DNA from: a virus
Taxonomy: Duplodnaviria > Caudoviricetes
Direction: 5' to 3' (one strand)
IMG/VR virus record: IMGVR_UViG_3300031813_000669
Location: 1-64,000 of that record
Length of the DNA: 64,000 bases
Translations under genes and position numbers: made by a program
Shown: positions 36,323 to 46,308 of the stretch, piece by piece
How the letters are laid out: each line of letters opens with the position of its first letter
How positions within the stretch are numbered: position 1 is the first letter of the stretch
Notes under the pieces: generated by a model
Told to the model about the DNA's origin: nothing
Databases searched by the model: none
The model's input: the letters and a program-made list of their open reading frames with translations, nothing else

Positions 36323-37228
36323 ATGTCTAATTTTGCAAATCTAAAAAAGCAGTCTGGTAATCTTGATAAGCTTGCAAAGGCTATCGAGCAACTCAATTCT
36401 TCCGATTCTGAATCATCTTCCGATAAGTTCTGGCGTCCTGAAACCGATAAGGCAGGCAATGGTATGGCAACTATTCGTTTCCTACCTGGTGCATCTGTCG
36501 ATGGTGATGATGCACTTCCTTGGGTTAAGGTATTCTCCCATGGATTCCAGGGTCCAGGTGGTTGGTTGATCGATAACTGTCTCACCACCAAGAATCAGCA
36601 ATGTCCTGTTTGTGAACACAATTCTACTCTTTGGAATTCTGGCATCGAAGCGAATAAGGATATCGTTCGTAAACAGAAGCGTAAGTTGAATTATATTTCT
36701 AATGTTTACATCGTTTCTGATCCTAAGCATCCAGAAAATGAAGGTAAGGTTGTTCTATTCAAGTATGGTAAGAAAATCTTTGATAAGATTACTGAAGCAA
36801 TGAATCCGCAGTTTGAAGATGAACCAAAGTTCAATCCCTTTGATCTCTGGAAGGGTGCCAATTTCAAGTTGAAGATTCGTAAGGTGGATGGATATCCTAA
36901 CTACGATAAATCTGAATTTGAATCATGCTCTGTATTGAGTGATTTTGATGATGGTGAACTTGAAAAGATTTGGAAGTCTGAACATTCATTGAATGATCTG
37001 CTTGCAGACAAGGAATTTAAGTCTTATGATGAATTGAAGAATCGTCTTGATCGTGTTCTTGGTCTGGCTGGAGAATCTCGTCCTAAGACGACCGTTGAAC
37101 AGATTAAAGAGTCTGCACCTAAGTCTCGTCCTGTTGCGGAAGATGCACCATGGCAAGACAAGGCAACGATCTCTGAAGATGATGATGACCTAGATTCATA
37201 CTTCTCCAAGTTGGTTGAAGAAGATTAA
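36323..37228 (+). CDS. gp32: single-stranded DNA-binding protein gp32
   Basis: DKFWRPETDKAGNG.ATIRFLP, HGFQGPGGW.IDNCLTT...CPVCEHN, KYGKKIFDKI, GANFKLKIRKV; acidic tail. Confidence 0.97.
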   Translation: MSNFANLKKQSGNLDKLAKAIEQLNSSDSESSSDKFWRPETDKAGNGMATIRFLPGASVDGDDALPWVKVFSHGFQGPGGWLIDNCLTTKNQQCPVCEHNSTLWNSGIEANKDIVRKQKRKLNYISNVYIVSDPKHPENEGKVVLFKYGKKIFDKITEAMNPQFEDEPKFNPFDLWKGANFKLKIRKVDGYPNYDKSEFESCSVLSDFDDGELEKIWKSEHSLNDLLADKEFKSYDELKNRLDRVLGLAGESRPKTTVEQIKESAPKSRPVAEDAPWQDKATISEDDDDLDSYFSKLVEED

Positions 37229-37241
37229 TAATCTCCTAACT

Positions 37242-37270
37242 AAAAACCCCGCTTCGGCGGGGTTTCTTTT
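37242..37270. terminator. bidirectional rho-independent terminator
   Basis: AAAAACCCCGC-TTCG-GCGGGGTTTCTTTT between convergent genes. Confidence 0.9.
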
Positions 37271-39492
37271 TACCATCTAACTTTCATAGGATTGTTACTC
37301 ATATAATTCGCAACCTGTAAAGACCAATCTTTGTCTCTCACAGGAATAGATGAGTAGTCTACAATACCCTTTTCGTTCTTAGATACATTATTTTTGACAG
37401 AATTGACTGTCATAGATTGTACCGCTTTATTCCAAGTTGATTCCATAACAGTAGTAGGATCAGAATTAGGGTCTTCTTTTACTTCTGTTTTTCTTTCTAT
37501 GGTTGTTAAGGATTCAATCTTTAATCTTATCTTATCAATAGTGGCTGGATCTTCGGCTTTATCTACAACCTTTTTCAGACCTTTCTGGAACATATCATAA
37601 TATTTTTCCGCATCAGCCATGAAATCCAATGTTTCTATTTTTTCGGCCTTCTTTATGGCTTCTTCTTGTATAGGCTTTAATTTCTCAGCAACACCTTGTA
37701 CTGTTGCTCCTCTTAAAGATGAATAGGTTTCTTTTGCTTTGGCTGATACTTGAGTAGGTATTTTAGACGCAGACTCTTCAGCCTCCTCGACCTTTTCTTC
37801 TGCTTTTTCTTTTGCATCTTCCAATTTTTTGAAAGTTTCTGAACTTGTAACAGTTTCACCAAACTTTGTTAATTTACCTTTAGCATAATTGGAAAGTTCT
37901 ACACCCTTTTCTTTTAAGAAATTCTTTGCAGGTTCTTCAATTTGTTGTGCTATGTGTCTGGGTAACATTAAATCATAGAATTCAGCATGACCTGATATTT
38001 TTGATCCATCAGGACGTTTGATATAATCGGTAACATCAACTGACAATTTATCTTTTTCAGATTTCATTTGACCGACTTTATTCATATATGCGTCTTTGTC
38101 AAAAGTATAGCCGGTACCGACCAATTTTTCTTCAATATGATTCATTTGTTGTTTTCTCAATTCAAGTATTTTTACTAATTGAGAATTAACTCGGTCTTGA
38201 TATTCTTTATCACCTTCTTCGGGAGTTTTAGCCAAGACTTCATCCAACTTTTCGGGATGATCCATTACATCTTGTAAATAATCTTCACTTTGGAATCTTT
38301 TTTTAATATCTTGTTGTGCAGCTGTCTTCTCTGGCATTTGACCAACAATATCTTTTAAAGTGTCTTGGTACCCTTCTCCATATCTAAGTGTTTTAGCAAA
38401 ACCAGAGAGACTTGTTACTGCGGCTTGTATTCCGAAAATTGCAGATAGACCTTTCATCCACCAAGGACCTAAAGCACCAACAACCATACCAGCAACTCCA
38501 CCATTTTTACTAGCTTCTGCCATTATAAATCCCATTAAGGATTTTAATGAGTTACCTATGAGTGAAGGTAACTGTTCCGAAATAAAAGTAGAAATTCCAT
38601 CAATAACACTAGATATTTGAGATGTTACCCAGTCCACAACTTCTTTGATAGTACCTTGTACACCTTCAGATAATGATGTTGACTTATCTGACAACGACTT
38701 AAATATTGGTGAATTCTTTACCATGTTAATGACAGGACTTATAAAATCCATAATACCTTCATAGATACTTTTTATAACATTGATTACAGAAACAATTTTA
38801 TCACCATATGATACTAGACTTTTTAAAGTTTCTTTTGCAAATTCTTTGATTTCATCTCGAAATAGATAAACTAATCCAGTAATTGCGGTTGCAAGACCAA
38901 CCCAGAAAGTACCTTTTAAAATAGATCCAACCTTTCCAAAGAAACCTTTCTTCTTTTTTAGTCCAAGGTCTTTTTCAACTTTTTCATACTTTCTTTCTCT
39001 TTCCTGTTGTTTTTCTTTTTTCAGACCTTTCTTAGAATCTATTTCTTTCTTCTCTTTCTCTGCATTTTTTGTCATGAAACTATAAATTTTCATAAGAACG
39101 TTTTTATAGTATTCACCCAAAGGTAAATCAGGATCAAGATCATATTCTTCATCTTTAATTGTAGATGCTGATTCTTTTATAGGCATTCTATTAACAAGTT
39201 CAGTTACAGCCAGAACTGTATTTTCTAAACTTTTCATATCTTTTTCAAGATCGGTCATGCGACCCAAAATTGCAGGAATTCTGGCATCATCGGCTGATCC
39301 ACCAGCTTCTTTTTCAGCTATATCAAATTGTCTTCTTTCCGAAAACGTATTTTTTGTCGAATCTAAAATGGAAGAAATTATATCTTCAATACCAGAAACA
39401 CGATCTTCTAAATCAACAACCCTTTTTCCTTGGTTCTGATCTTGTAACTGTTTAATAACTGCACTTAAATTCGGTTGTCTTTTTTTGGCCAT
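37270..39492 (-). CDS. large coiled-coil virion protein (baseplate hub/tape-measure-like)
   Basis: 740 aa, helical and charged with central hydrophobic segments; follows gp26/gp51 and the SLT gene. Assigned by synteny only. Confidence 0.45.
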   Translation of the reverse strand: MAKKRQPNLSAVIKQLQDQNQGKRVVDLEDRVSGIEDIISSILDSTKNTFSERRQFDIAEKEAGGSADDARIPAILGRMTDLEKDMKSLENTVLAVTELVNRMPIKESASTIKDEEYDLDPDLPLGEYYKNVLMKIYSFMTKNAEKEKKEIDSKKGLKKEKQQERERKYEKVEKDLGLKKKKGFFGKVGSILKGTFWVGLATAITGLVYLFRDEIKEFAKETLKSLVSYGDKIVSVINVIKSIYEGIMDFISPVINMVKNSPIFKSLSDKSTSLSEGVQGTIKEVVDWVTSQISSVIDGISTFISEQLPSLIGNSLKSLMGFIMAEASKNGGVAGMVVGALGPWWMKGLSAIFGIQAAVTSLSGFAKTLRYGEGYQDTLKDIVGQMPEKTAAQQDIKKRFQSEDYLQDVMDHPEKLDEVLAKTPEEGDKEYQDRVNSQLVKILELRKQQMNHIEEKLVGTGYTFDKDAYMNKVGQMKSEKDKLSVDVTDYIKRPDGSKISGHAEFYDLMLPRHIAQQIEEPAKNFLKEKGVELSNYAKGKLTKFGETVTSSETFKKLEDAKEKAEEKVEEAEESASKIPTQVSAKAKETYSSLRGATVQGVAEKLKPIQEEAIKKAEKIETLDFMADAEKYYDMFQKGLKKVVDKAEDPATIDKIRLKIESLTTIERKTEVKEDPNSDPTTVMESTWNKAVQSMTVNSVKNNVSKNEKGIVDYSSIPVRDKDWSLQVANYMSNNPMKVRW

Positions 39493-39500
39493 TTTAATGA

Positions 39501-41813
39501 TTACTCATCGTTAATGTAACTGAATGGATTTGAAAAAATAGATGGATCATCATTAGTAAAACTTCTATCAACAACAGAATATTTATTTTGTTGAACATTA
39601 GTTTGCACATTATTAGTGTGCAAAGATGGCATTTGTAAATTCGGGTCTTTTTTTTCTTTTCTTGGTATTTCTGTATTTTTATTCAGGTAAGGTGCAACCA
39701 TTTCTTCAAGTTTTCCAGACTTCATCATATTATTGGTTTTGTCTACCAGATTACCAAGTAATACTTTCTGTTTCTCAAACATATCCATAGCCATGTCGAG
39801 AAAGTCCATACTTTCTTCTGATTTACCTTCATCAATATCAGTTGATTCTGGGAATTTACCACCTTGACTGTTTACACCACCTTCTCCTTTTTCAACTTCT
39901 ATTCTGGAAGGTATATCATACTTTTCTTGAGGTGTTGTTTGATTGATGTGATCTCTCAATGCTGCCGCAATATCTTCTGGTGGAGTATAATCTGTCTTCC
40001 AGGTTCTTCTTTTGCCAATGTCAACGTGAATGAAAGTCTTGTATGCACCAATCCCACCAAATCCTAGTCTGCTGGCAGTACGAATGAATTTGACTCTATC
40101 AGATGTTCCCCATTGTGCCACATTGATATCCACAGCCATCCTGTGTGTGTGATATGAATCCTTTGCGGCACCATGTCCTGCTTTTCTCAGGGCTTCATTG
40201 TATGCAGGACTTCTATAACCTGAATTGATAATGAAATTACTCACACCAAGTTCTTCTCTTAGTTTCTGAACTTTCTTAGCAAGAACCTTTAAAATTCCAG
40301 TTTGATCGGGATGTAAGAATCTAAGATTTTTCAAGTCACTTTCAGTTGCAATATCATTATCATTTGCAGACTTAACTTCTGCGGTTGTTGAATTTACTCC
40401 AGTTTCACCTTTATCTGACGTTTTTGTATTTCTAGGTATTCTGTATGAATCAGGTTCACCAGACAATGCAGATTTAAGTACGTCTTGTTTTGGTGCAGGA
40501 GTTTCTAGTAAAGCTTTTTCTTCGGCTGGTTTAAACGCTAATGATCTAGGTTCTTTAATTGATGTATCAGGTATTTCATTTTTTATTGCAGCCTGAGCTG
40601 GATCAATCTTAGTTTCAGGTGTTATTGGTGGTGCTTCTAGAGGTGTTTTATTTCCAGTAAGTCTTTCTTGATAGGCAGATTGATATTTACCCACCTTATT
40701 ATACATGAATTGTTTTACTTCACCTACAGTTCTTGCCTGACCTGTTTTTTTATCGTAGAATACATTTCTGTTTGCTTGTGCAGCCTCAGGCAATACATTT
40801 GCGGCAATATCAGAATCATCCGCACGATAAAATCTTCTAGCGCCAGCTGGACCAAAGAAGTGTCCTGCATAAGTTTTAGTTAAATCTTTTGTGCCTAATT
40901 CTTTTTGTGTTTCTTTCATATACAAAGCACCAGCTAATGCATTAGCCTCTGGATCGTATATGCTTTTTCCTCTTAATTCTGGGTATTTTTCTTGTAAACC
41001 AGCCCATGTACCTTTTGTGATTTGAAACAATCCCTTTGCAGATGATGTTCCAGCGCCGGCATTTGATTTGAATCCACTTTCTTGTCTGGCAATTGCATAC
41101 AAACTTGCTTTATCAACACCCGTTGCGGCTGCTGCTTTGTCTATAGCGGAAGCCACCTGTTCACTTGGCATTGTAAGACCACCAACATCGATTGGTTTTC
41201 CTGCATCATATACAGTATCATCACCACCAAAGTCAGGTAGATATGGCTTGACTGTTTCTGAGAAACTTGTTGAGATATCATCAAGAGTAGAAATGATACC
41301 TTGAATGGCTTCAGTAATACCTAACTCATCGGATAAGTTCTTGATTGTTTTACCTAATCCTTCGATACCTAGAAGTTTTTCAATTTGTTCCCAATGATTG
41401 TAGACAAATCTACCCATAGAAAAGTATTTGAAGTATCTCCAGAGTTTACCCAAAAGACCTTCTTTTTCTTCTTCTGGTTCTTCTTTTTCTTCTTCTACTT
41501 TTTGCAACAATTGTATTTGTTGTTCAGTTTGAATATCATCTTCTTTTTCTTCTTCACTTTCTAGTTTTTTTCTATCAAAACTTTTATTGTAAGAATCACG
41601 AACAATAAATTCATAAAGTTTATTGAGAACATCAGATCCATCATTTTTATCTTTTTGGATCTTATCTTTTGATTTGTTATCTTCCATTGATCTAATGAAA
41701 GTTGTAGATATATTAAACCCTCCAAACCTTTTTTTTAGAGATTCGGCAATATCTTTCTTTTCTTCTTTTGTTAAAGAAGAATCCATTTCATTAACTGTTG
41801 GTAAGTATGCCAT
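39501..41813 (-). CDS. virion-associated protein with lytic transglycosylase (SLT) and peptidase M15 domains
   Basis: AIARQESGF....A.TSSAKGLFQI...W...IYDPEANALAGALY (SLT); INSGYRSPAYN...AKDSYH...AVDI...GFGGIGAYKTFIHVDIG (M15). Confidence 0.85.
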   Translation of the reverse strand: MAYLPTVNEMDSSLTKEEKKDIAESLKKRFGGFNISTTFIRSMEDNKSKDKIQKDKNDGSDVLNKLYEFIVRDSYNKSFDRKKLESEEEKEDDIQTEQQIQLLQKVEEEKEEPEEEKEGLLGKLWRYFKYFSMGRFVYNHWEQIEKLLGIEGLGKTIKNLSDELGITEAIQGIISTLDDISTSFSETVKPYLPDFGGDDTVYDAGKPIDVGGLTMPSEQVASAIDKAAAATGVDKASLYAIARQESGFKSNAGAGTSSAKGLFQITKGTWAGLQEKYPELRGKSIYDPEANALAGALYMKETQKELGTKDLTKTYAGHFFGPAGARRFYRADDSDIAANVLPEAAQANRNVFYDKKTGQARTVGEVKQFMYNKVGKYQSAYQERLTGNKTPLEAPPITPETKIDPAQAAIKNEIPDTSIKEPRSLAFKPAEEKALLETPAPKQDVLKSALSGEPDSYRIPRNTKTSDKGETGVNSTTAEVKSANDNDIATESDLKNLRFLHPDQTGILKVLAKKVQKLREELGVSNFIINSGYRSPAYNEALRKAGHGAAKDSYHTHRMAVDINVAQWGTSDRVKFIRTASRLGFGGIGAYKTFIHVDIGKRRTWKTDYTPPEDIAAALRDHINQTTPQEKYDIPSRIEVEKGEGGVNSQGGKFPESTDIDEGKSEESMDFLDMAMDMFEKQKVLLGNLVDKTNNMMKSGKLEEMVAPYLNKNTEIPRKEKKDPNLQMPSLHTNNVQTNVQQNKYSVVDRSFTNDDPSIFSNPFSYINDE

Positions 41814-41997
41814 TATCGTCTAGAATTTTGTTCTCTTATTTTCTGGTTTTCTTGCTCAATATATTGTATCAACAAATTAACATAAATTTCTCTTTCCCAA
41901 GGCAACATAGATTCTAATTCATTCAAACTATATTTGTGATGTTGCATCAATGAAAAATTGGTCTTATAATGATTGACTAGGTTATCATGACGAAATA
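41813..41997 (-). CDS. gp51: baseplate hub assembly protein gp51 (start uncertain)
   Basis: YKTNFSLMQHHKYSLNELESMLPWEREIYVNLL; first nearby in-frame ATG is at 41947, downstream of conserved-looking residues. Confidence 0.8.
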
Positions 41998-42723
41998 CTA
42001 TCCGAAAAAATTTTCGAGACCCTCCACGGTAATGGAATGGTCGTAACCACATTTGTCACATTTCATTTGAATGTCTTTCTTGATTTTCGGAATATTATCA
42101 AAGAATTCTTGTATTTTTGCAAACTGATCTTTATTCAAATATTCAATAAAGTCCATTAACTCTTTTGGTGTTGTTTCATTTGAGTAGTAATATTGTTGAC
42201 CATCAAAGATATAATCTACTGAATCTACAATAATTTTAAATGCCGCATCAACAGAATTGGTTGATGATGACAATTTTTCGACCAAAGAGAATTCTGGGTA
42301 TCTCATTGCTATTGAGATTTCATCATTTAATTGAATAATGTTAGCATCTTTTTTATATTCATCAACACGAATATCATTCAGATCAATGACAACTTTCATC
42401 TTGTTGCCACATTTCTTACCTTCAACTTCGTTGTTACAAATATAATTGTTTTCTACTATTTCACCTACTGATTTAGCTCTCAAGGTTAAGAAATAGAATT
42501 CAACATCAACTACAGGTAGTTTATCAATATCAATACCTTCAGTCAAAGTACAATTGTGAAGTATTTGTTTGATATTTCTTTCAATAGTTTCTTTGTCATT
42601 AGCTTCTAAAGCCATTAACAAAACTTTTTGTTCACGAACCAAAAAAGGTCTAAATTTAATTTCCTTTTTAGATAATGGTAACTGTATGTAATATACTGGC
42701 GTATCAATTTTTGGCAAAGCCAT
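41998..42723 (-). CDS. gp26: baseplate hub assembly protein gp26
   Basis: MALPKI.TP.Y...LP.SKKEIKFRPFLVREQKVLLMA, FLTLRAKSVGE, CDKCG....EGLENFF. Confidence 0.92.
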   Translation of the reverse strand: MALPKIDTPVYYIQLPLSKKEIKFRPFLVREQKVLLMALEANDKETIERNIKQILHNCTLTEGIDIDKLPVVDVEFYFLTLRAKSVGEIVENNYICNNEVEGKKCGNKMKVVIDLNDIRVDEYKKDANIIQLNDEISIAMRYPEFSLVEKLSSSTNSVDAAFKIIVDSVDYIFDGQQYYYSNETTPKELMDFIEYLNKDQFAKIQEFFDNIPKIKKDIQMKCDKCGYDHSITVEGLENFFG

Positions 42724-42745
42724 TTTATATCTCCTTCAAATCAGT

Positions 42746-43330
42746 TTATGTTCCTAATAGTGATCCTATAGCTGAAGTTCCTAATTGTTTTGCAACAGAA
42801 TCAATAGTTGCTTCTTGCCATTTGGTGTATGCAAATGTTACTGTTAGTTTGTGATAACCTTCATTAGACCAATCCAAATCCAATTGATTTACTACAATTG
42901 GGAATGCATCAACTAAAACTGCTCTATATGTGACTTCATTATTATCATTATATTGAGTAATTCCTATATCAGAAGCATAATTTACTTTGTAGTTGAAATT
43001 ATATGTAGATGATGGATTAATATATTCTTGCCATTGGTCAAAAAATAATTTCTCACTCATATCCCTAGATACAATAAATGTCATAGAAACATCATTGTAA
43101 ATAGATTGATATGGGAATTTTTCTATCGGTGCAGACCCTATTTTTCTTTCTGTTGTACCTAGAGTTCTACCTGGCATTTCTGACATTTCACAACGAAAAG
43201 TTAAATTTCTGGTTGTAGATAGATATAATGGCCACAGATCAAATGGTATAGGTATGTTTATGTCATATCTACTAGGTCTAGCAAATCCTTTATCAAAATT
43301 AGCTAAAAACTCTCTTATATTAGCGGCCAT
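42746..43330 (-). CDS. tail tube-like / baseplate tail-tube initiator (gp19/gp54 family)
   Basis: ARPSRYDINI, CEMSEMPGRTL, PYQSIYNDVSMTF, LVDAFPI.VNQLDLDWS......LTVTFAY.KW; start ATG 43330. Confidence 0.75.
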   Translation of the reverse strand: MAANIREFLANFDKGFARPSRYDINIPIPFDLWPLYLSTTRNLTFRCEMSEMPGRTLGTTERKIGSAPIEKFPYQSIYNDVSMTFIVSRDMSEKLFFDQWQEYINPSSTYNFNYKVNYASDIGITQYNDNNEVTYRAVLVDAFPIVVNQLDLDWSNEGYHKLTVTFAYTKWQEATIDSVAKQLGTSAIGSLLGT

Positions 43331-43929
43331 TAAACTTTTCCCTTGATCGTATCTACTGATTCTTGCCAAACATCTTTAGCTTGAGCTTTCTTAAATTGAT
43401 GTACAGGTAAAAATAATGCAACATCCCATTCTTCTGGTTGTACTGTCAATATTTTTGACCTGATATGTCCTGTCAAATATCTTTTAACACAAGGTTTGAA
43501 TTCTTTAAATCTCTTTGTTATACAAAGTAGTTCATAAGTAATTCTCAGTCTTTTTATTTCATTATCTTCATTGAGAACAGCATATTCAAGTAACTTATCC
43601 ATAAAGTTAATTCTATACTTTATAGGTAAATAATGTAAATTCAAACCAAGAAAACCATCATTGTATTTTTCCAATGGAATAACCAAAGGAAATTTATCAT
43701 AGTAAGGTAAGTCATTTTTACCTTTTGGATCATAATAAAAGAAATATAAACCACCCAAAACAAATTTTCTAGTATGTCTGGACTTTTCGTTAGATATACT
43801 TTTTGCTATAGGATATGGGTTTTTTATTTCAGAAACTTTCTTCGTCAACCATTGTATAGAATCACGGCTCATTGTTTGCAATTGAGCCGCTGATTTATTT
43901 TGTGTTAGTGTTGTTAATTTTGAAGCCAT
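43330..43929 (-). CDS. gp2: DNA end protector protein gp2
   Basis: LYFFYYDPKGK.DLPYYDKFPLVIP......GFLGLNLHYLP...R, KPCVKRYL.GH.RS. Confidence 0.9.
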   Translation of the reverse strand: MASKLTTLTQNKSAAQLQTMSRDSIQWLTKKVSEIKNPYPIAKSISNEKSRHTRKFVLGGLYFFYYDPKGKNDLPYYDKFPLVIPLEKYNDGFLGLNLHYLPIKYRINFMDKLLEYAVLNEDNEIKRLRITYELLCITKRFKEFKPCVKRYLTGHIRSKILTVQPEEWDVALFLPVHQFKKAQAKDVWQESVDTIKGKV

Positions 43930-43937
43930 ATATGTAT

Positions 43938-44405
43938 TTAGGTGAGTAATAAGTCACTTTCTGTTAATGATTTGAAGGCATCTCCATCAGAAGAAACCAT
44001 CACTATAAATTCCCATTTTCTATCTTTGCAGTATTCTATTGCAGACTTCCATTTTGCTTGGTTTACACCCCAAGTAACTACTTCATTAATATATTGTTTG
44101 GTAACTCTTTTCTTTTTTTCTGGTGGCCTAGATTGTTTTTCTGGTTTTACCTCAATCAATAGCGTTTTAATGCCTTTATTTGAGTTGACTTTAACTAGAA
44201 AATCTGGAAAATAACGGTGCCATCTACCATCAACTGGTGATTTATATGGTATCTTGATTTCTTCTGAAGACCAAGAAATTATATTTGGATCTTTATCGAA
44301 ACGGTCCATTATCCTACATTCCCAAGATGACCTATAAATAATGTTTCTATGATCACCTACATACTTTTGGGGATTTCTTGGCGTAAACTTTCCTTTGTAA
44401 GACAT
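43938..44405 (-). CDS. gp4: head completion nuclease gp4
   Basis: YKGKF.P.NPQKYVGD..NIIYRSSWE...WSSEEI.IPY.SPVDG.WHRYFPDF...EVKP.KQ...NQAKW..A.EYC. Confidence 0.95.
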   Translation of the reverse strand: MSYKGKFTPRNPQKYVGDHRNIIYRSSWECRIMDRFDKDPNIISWSSEEIKIPYKSPVDGRWHRYFPDFLVKVNSNKGIKTLLIEVKPEKQSRPPEKKKRVTKQYINEVVTWGVNQAKWKSAIEYCKDRKWEFIVMVSSDGDAFKSLTESDLLLT

Positions 44406-44439
44406 AAATACTATATATATTTAATCCGGATTTAATTAA

Positions 44440-45678
44440 ATGGCACAAATAGACGTATTTCCTTTATCTGTCAATGGTGTTATGCCACCAATGAATTTGA
44501 TTTCAAATGCATTAGCTGGTAAAGGAATAACATCAAATTATCTTTATCCTCTCGATTTAGGTAGCAACTCAAATTATGGTCATGCTGTAATATTCAGCGC
44601 CGTAAAACCTCAATATACATCATCAATAAGTGGTGCATTATCAAATATAATGAATTTGATAAATCCCCAAACATTATTGAACTTAAACGGTCAGTTTAAC
44701 CCACAAGGATCAATCTCCTTATATATGCCGGATACTTTAGCTGTTAATTATTCACATAATTATGGTGAAGTAAGTCTTACTGAAGCTATAGGTCCCGCTT
44801 CATACTTTGGTGCTTTATTGGCTGATGTTGGAAGTAAAGGAAAAGGTACTGATGTTGATAAAGGTAACATAGCACAATTAATAGCTAAACAAGGTATAGG
44901 ACAACAAGGTGCAGCTGCCGGTTTTGCTGGAATAGCTGGTGCTCTTGGTGGTAATTTTGGTGAAGCCTTGTCGGTAGCACAAAATGTAATGGGACAAGTT
45001 GCTAACCCACATTTACAAATGTTATATAAAGGTATATCACTAAGAGAATTTCAATTTGAATTTAGATTTACACCATCTTCTTCACAAGAAGCATCTGAAG
45101 TTGATAAAATAATAAATCAATTCACATATTGGTCTTTACCTTCTGTTAATGCTGGATCCGGTGTAAGTCATCAATACTTAGAACCGCCAGAAATGTTTGA
45201 TATATCTTTTGTATTCATGGGTGGAACAGGAGTTGCATCAGCGGTATCAAATTTCTTTAGAAACATAGGCACAAATATATTTGGATCACAATTGACCTCA
45301 CTTTTAAGTCCAGGACAAAGTAACATATCAAACGGAAATAAAGCAAAAATATTTCAAATATACCATAGATGTGTTCTAATGAGTATGAGTGTAGATTATG
45401 CTCCTAACGGTTGGGCATCATTCAACGATGGTTATCCAGTTGAAACGAGATTAATATTACAATTCAAAGAAACTGATATTGTCACAAAACAAGACATGAA
45501 GGGTGGAGTTGGTTCTCTTGGTGTATTTGGTAATGCAACTCAACAAGAATTACAAAATGTGGAAGCTATGAATCCTGACACCTACAATACTATTGGTGAA
45601 TTACCTTTAGGTCCAACACTTTCTGATGTTGGTGGTACAACTTATACCGACCTAGCCAATATGCCAGGATTTCCATAA
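44440..45678 (+). CDS. gp48: baseplate tail-tube cap gp48
   Basis: YPLDL, ISLYMP, NPHLQMLYKG..LREFQFEFRF.P.S.QEA, L.SMSVDYAPNG, L.LQFKET.IVTK. Confidence 0.85.
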   Translation: MAQIDVFPLSVNGVMPPMNLISNALAGKGITSNYLYPLDLGSNSNYGHAVIFSAVKPQYTSSISGALSNIMNLINPQTLLNLNGQFNPQGSISLYMPDTLAVNYSHNYGEVSLTEAIGPASYFGALLADVGSKGKGTDVDKGNIAQLIAKQGIGQQGAAAGFAGIAGALGGNFGEALSVAQNVMGQVANPHLQMLYKGISLREFQFEFRFTPSSSQEASEVDKIINQFTYWSLPSVNAGSGVSHQYLEPPEMFDISFVFMGGTGVASAVSNFFRNIGTNIFGSQLTSLLSPGQSNISNGNKAKIFQIYHRCVLMSMSVDYAPNGWASFNDGYPVETRLILQFKETDIVTKQDMKGGVGSLGVFGNATQQELQNVEAMNPDTYNTIGELPLGPTLSDVGGTTYTDLANMPGFP

Positions 45679-46307
45679 TGAAATATTTTAAGAATTTACC
45701 AATAATAACACAACTTGATCCTTCAGGTAATCAAATAACAGTAAATAATCTGTTGACCCGAGGTTATTTCCTTCCTTCATTATTGAATAATATATTATTA
45801 TTTTATCAATATGATCTAAGAGATGGTGATAGACCGGAGGAAATTGCTTACAAATATTATAATGACATTTATTCTTATTGGATTGTTTTGTACTCTAATG
45901 GTATTATAGATCCACAAACACAATGGCCATTAACAGATCAACAATTTGAAATATATCTAAATGACAAATATAGTTCAGACGCCAATACTGCTGGAATGAC
46001 TGTATTACAGTATGTGCAAGAAACAACTAAAACATATCAACAAATAATTACAACATACGATTCAGAGAATCTACAAAAAAATGTTATAACTATCGAAATT
46101 GATGAAGATACATACAATTCATTGAATCCTATAACTCAAGTTTTTACTCTGAATGGTGTAGAAATAACAAAAAGTGTTGATAGAAATATACAAACATTGT
46201 ATGAATATGAAGTTTTGACTAGACAAACTAAAAGAAAAATTAATATTCTAAACAGCAAATATTATAATAGTGTTATCTCACAATTCCAGTCATTGATGGT
46301 ACAATAA
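45678..46307 (+). CDS. gp53: baseplate wedge protein gp53
   Basis: MKYFKNLP, Y.LRDGDRPEEIAYKYY....YWIVL..N.IIDP..QWPL, YEYE....KR.INIL. Confidence 0.9.
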   Translation: MKYFKNLPIITQLDPSGNQITVNNLLTRGYFLPSLLNNILLFYQYDLRDGDRPEEIAYKYYNDIYSYWIVLYSNGIIDPQTQWPLTDQQFEIYLNDKYSSDANTAGMTVLQYVQETTKTYQQIITTYDSENLQKNVITIEIDEDTYNSLNPITQVFTLNGVEITKSVDRNIQTLYEYEVLTRQTKRKINILNSKYYNSVISQFQSLMVQ

Positions 46308-46308
46308 T

